Position numbers and translations under genes: made by a program
Origin: Alkanindiges illinoisensis DSM 15370
GTDB taxonomy: Bacteria > Pseudomonadota > Gammaproteobacteria > Pseudomonadales > Moraxellaceae
Assembly: GCF_000619845.1 (NCBI RefSeq)
Contig: NZ_JHUX01000003.1
Coordinates: forward strand, 150,001-182,000
Direction: 5' to 3'
DNA: 32,000 nucleotides
Shown: in pieces, positions 29,133 to 32,000 of the stretch
Position numbering within the stretch: position 1 is the first letter of the stretch
Layout of the letters: the number at the start of each line of letters is the position of its first letter
Notes under the pieces: model-generated
Database searches by the model: none
What the model was told of the DNA's origin: nothing
Seen by the model: only the letters and a program-made list of their open reading frames with translations

Positions 29133-29351
29133 CTCGTTCTCTGGTTTCGCAAGGGTATCGGCTAGCCACTTAAAGGCTAGGTATACACGGTTAAACAAGT
29201 GCGAAACTATAGCATTAGATCAGACTGATGTCAGGACTTATACACAATTATCTGTTTACTGGTCAGTTTTTAGCTAACGCAAATTATTATGGATGATTTA
29301 TTCCGAACAGCTTTCTGTGAATGACTGCCTTAAAACATTGACCTGAGCGAC

Positions 29352-32000
29352 TTAGGTACGCGCTGCGGTCATGAAGTGATCAAGCGAATGTGAGTGTTGC
29401 AGGAACGCAGTTGCATCTGCTGAACTCAGTGGTTTGCTGATCAGATAACCCTGTAATACATCGCAGCCTTCATGAATCAGGAAGTTGGCATGTGCTTCAG
29501 TTTCCACGCCTTCTGCCACCACTTCCATATTGAGTGAATGTCCCATAGCCAGAATAGCCCTGACAATGGCTTCCTGATGGGAGTGGGCGCCAATTTTAGA
29601 AACAAATGAACGGTCAATCTTGAGCACATCAATCGGGTATTGACCCAGATAAGACAGCGAGGAATAGCCCGTGCCAAAGTCATCTAAAGCAATAGTGATG
29701 CCACGTGCCTTGAGTTGCTGCAACACCTCACTGGCCACTTCCGAATCATCCATCAGCGAAGACTCAGTAATTTCCAGCTCCAGCGAGCTTGGACTAATCT
29801 GGTAGGTGCTCAGGATATCATCTATTTCATCAATCAAATTACCGCGCTGGATCTGCTGCGCCACCACGTTGACAGAAATCTTGATGTCATGAAATCCCAG
29901 TGCCAGCCATGCCTTGATTTGCTGGCAGGTTTTTTTCAGCACCACTTCACCAATATTAGAAATTAGGCTAGTTTCTTCAGCCAGTGGAATAAACTGGATT
30001 GGTGGTACCAGACCATGTTCCGGATGCTGCCAGCGGACCAGTGCTTCAAAACTAGTGATTTTGCCTGTTGCCGTATTAATCTTGGGCTGGTAATACACCA
30101 CAAATTCATCATTAATGAGTGCCTTGCGTAGCGCATTTTCAAGGTTAACCCGGTTACTGGCAGGAACGCGCTCATCCTTGGTGTAAAAACGCGCAGTATT
30201 GCCGCCCAGCCGTTTGGCTTCCTGTAGGGCTTTTTCAGCATGGTTAGACAGGCTATCCACCTGACGGCCGTGATCTGGATACATGGCAATTCCGATGGAC
30301 AGGGTAACAATCAATTCCTGATCCTGCACCATAAACGGTTGCTCGAACGCATGCATAATTTTTTTACACTGCGATTTAATATCAGAGTTTCTAAAGCGGT
30401 TGCTCTCATAAATAATGGCAAAATCATCACCGCCCAGACGCGCCACCATAATGGAATCACCATTGAGGGTGAGCAGGCGTTTGGCCACCTGTTGCAGCAA
30501 AATATCGCCGCCATCATTTTGTAGTGAATCATTTAAAAAGCGGAAGCGGTCAATGTTAAGCCGTATCAGGGCAAATTTTTCTTTCTTGTCATGGCTGCCA
30601 ATCATCAGTTGATGCAGCTGGGTCTTGAACAGATTGCGGTTGGGCAGGTCTGTGAGCGCATCATAGTTGGATAAATAAGACAGGCGGCGCTCATCATTTT
30701 TGCGCTGGGTCAGGTCAGATAAAATCCCAATATAGTGGGTGATGCGTTCATCTTCATTTTTAATGGAATTGATATGAATCCACAGTGGTAGCTCTTCACC
30801 CTTGGCATCACGCTCAACAATTTCGCCTTCAAACTCGCCAGTCTGCATGAGTGCCTTAAGAATCTCTGCATGCTGTTTCTGGATTTTTTCACCATTATGC
30901 TGATAGCTGAACACATGACTGCCAATAAAATAGTCACGGGGCAGTCCCATAATTTCTTCAAAGCGTGGATTGGTATCCAGATAATGCAGTTTGCTGTCCA
31001 GAATGAAAATCCCTTCAGCCGCTCGTTCAAACACACTGGCAGACAGTTTTAGGCGTTCGGCTACTACTTTTTCATCATTAATATTGCGGCGAATACCAAC
31101 CATACGTAATGGCTGCTGGTTTTTGGAGTCACGCTGGATCACGCGGCCCATGTCATGCACCCACACCCAGTAGCCTTTTTTATGTCGAATGCGGTACACG
31201 CTTTCGTAGCGGTCACTGTGGTTGCGTAAATGGGTAGAAATAGCAGCTTTTACCTTGGGGAAGTCTTCCGGGTGAATCAGCCGGCGAATATTGCCGCTGT
31301 AATCATTAATTTCTTCGTTCTGATAACCCAGAATCTGGTCAAAGTTGGTGGTCTGAATGGTTCTGCTTTTAATATCCCAGTCCCAACTGCCAATGCCAGC
31401 GGTTTGGTGCGCCATTTCCAGACTTTGCTTGGAACGCTCCAGGCTGGAGTTGATTTGTTGAATATCAAAGGTGCGTTCACGGACTTTTTCTTCAAGGCGC
31501 TGGTTGGTTTGTTGCAGTTTCCATTCTACGGCACGGCGTTCCAGCATTTCCTGTTCCAGTTGCTGATACGCCTGTTCAGTGATACTGCGCTGGTGTTCGG
31601 CATGCTCAACCAGATTATCATTGCGGATTACCAGCCAGGTTAAGCGGTCACGGGTTTTGTACAAGTGATGGCCGCAAAACAGCATAAAAAGAATATAAAT
31701 GTCATTAATCAGATAAAACGGGTCATTTAATGAAAAACTGGGCCAGTTGCTCAGCTGCATGGTCAGGATAGGAGCCATGCTGGTCAGAACGAGTAGATAA
31801 AAGCAGCGAATACGGATGGTCAGGCTAATCAGGCCGAGAACATGCGCAAATACCACAATGGTATAAAACACATAAAAATTAGGTTCAAGCGGAGTGTTGG
31901 TTGGTACATCAATCAACCGCAGGCCCATAATGATTTGCCCAAAGGCAAAGATCAAGCCAAAAATAAACGAATTGATTTGCAGGTATAAATCAGCAAAGGC
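29352..32000 (-). CDS. Membrane-anchored PAS-PAS-GGDEF-EAL cyclic-di-GMP signalling protein (5' end probably outside the window)
   Basis: The N-terminal part is hydrophobic, followed by a coiled coil and two PAS-like regions. The GGDEF domain has a GGDDF motif (VARLGGDDFAI). The EAL domain has EALVRW, DDFGTGYSSL, KIDRSF and EGVET intact. My translation shows the frame stays open from 31955 to position 32000, and the track start at 31955 is TTG. Confidence 0.85.
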   Translation of the reverse strand, partial: AFADLYLQINSFIFGLIFAFGQIIMGLRLIDVPTNTPLEPNFYVFYTIVVFAHVLGLISLTIRIRCFYLLVLTSMAPILTMQLSNWPSFSLNDPFYLINDIYILFMLFCGHHLYKTRDRLTWLVIRNDNLVEHAEHQRSITEQAYQQLEQEMLERRAVEWKLQQTNQRLEEKVRERTFDIQQINSSLERSKQSLEMAHQTAGIGSWDWDIKSRTIQTTNFDQILGYQNEEINDYSGNIRRLIHPEDFPKVKAAISTHLRNHSDRYESVYRIRHKKGYWVWVHDMGRVIQRDSKNQQPLRMVGIRRNINDEKVVAERLKLSASVFERAAEGIFILDSKLHYLDTNPRFEEIMGLPRDYFIGSHVFSYQHNGEKIQKQHAEILKALMQTGEFEGEIVERDAKGEELPLWIHINSIKNEDERITHYIGILSDLTQRKNDERRLSYLSNYDALTDLPNRNLFKTQLHQLMIGSHDKKEKFALIRLNIDRFRFLNDSLQNDGGDILLQQVAKRLLTLNGDSIMVARLGGDDFAIIYESNRFRNSDIKSQCKKIMHAFEQPFMVQDQELIVTLSIGIAMYPDHGRQVDSLSNHAEKALQEAKRLGGNTARFYTKDERVPASNRVNLENALRKALINDEFVVYYQPKINTATGKITSFEALVRWQHPEHGLVPPIQFIPLAEETSLISNIGEVVLKKTCQQIKAWLALGFHDIKISVNVVAQQIQRGNLIDEIDDILSTYQISPSSLELEITESSLMDDSEVASEVLQQLKARGITIALDDFGTGYSSLSYLGQYPIDVLKIDRSFVSKIGAHSHQEAIVRAILAMGHSLNMEVVAEGVETEAHANFLIHEGCDVLQGYLISKPLSSADATAFLQHSHSLDHFMTAART

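Noticed and set aside
7395-29198. N-terminal extensions in the ORF track: ruvA 8018, lipA 22126, sthA 22457, maeB 29198, the exported protein 9809, queE 19383.
   Set aside because: These begin at TTG or upstream in-frame codons and add residues absent from well-known orthologs. Downstream ATGs with SD sequences match the ortholog N-termini, so I trimmed the coordinates.
1-32000. CRISPR arrays, tRNA/rRNA genes, IS elements, integrases, toxin-antitoxin pairs and classic defence islands.
   Set aside because: I found no spacer-repeat periodicity, no tRNA T-loop or acceptor pattern in the intergenic gaps, and no transposase, integrase or recombinase-like ORF. Apart from 4879-6284, every large ORF has a confident housekeeping assignment.

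Overview
This 32-kb window is mostly core housekeeping chromosome from a Gram-negative gammaproteobacterium. Protein sequences and synteny look Pseudomonadales/Moraxellaceae-like, but that taxon call is a guess, and GC looks mid-40s % by eye only. Minus strand, left to right: pal (5' part only), tolB, tolA, tolR, tolQ, ybgC, two tandem Bor/Iss-family lipoprotein genes, a hairpin-rich repeat block, ruvB, ruvA and a dGTPase-like gene. A plus-strand block follows: an exported low-complexity protein, purL, a YqfO-like small protein, a NadM-type adenylyltransferase and yceI. Then, mostly on the minus strand: bcp, a small exported Cys protein, queC, queE, dapD, periplasmic hiuH, lipA, sthA (+), an enlarged OmpW-family porin, cca, maeB, and a PAS-GGDEF-EAL membrane protein that runs off the right edge. 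I saw no rRNA, tRNA, CRISPR array, transposase, integrase or recognisable defence or secretion locus. The only clearly non-core stretch is about 1.4 kb (4879-6284) inserted between ybgC and ruvB. It carries the two bor-like genes and a roughly 230-nt GC-rich, multi-hairpin, internally repeated element that overlaps the ruvB stop codon and ends at a strong terminator. That element is my best candidate for something undescribed, possibly a 3'UTR-derived structured RNA, but the evidence is sequence pattern only. The other findings are modest oddities in otherwise ordinary genes. Several ORF-track starts are TTG/GTG extensions, and I trimmed them to homology-supported ATGs.
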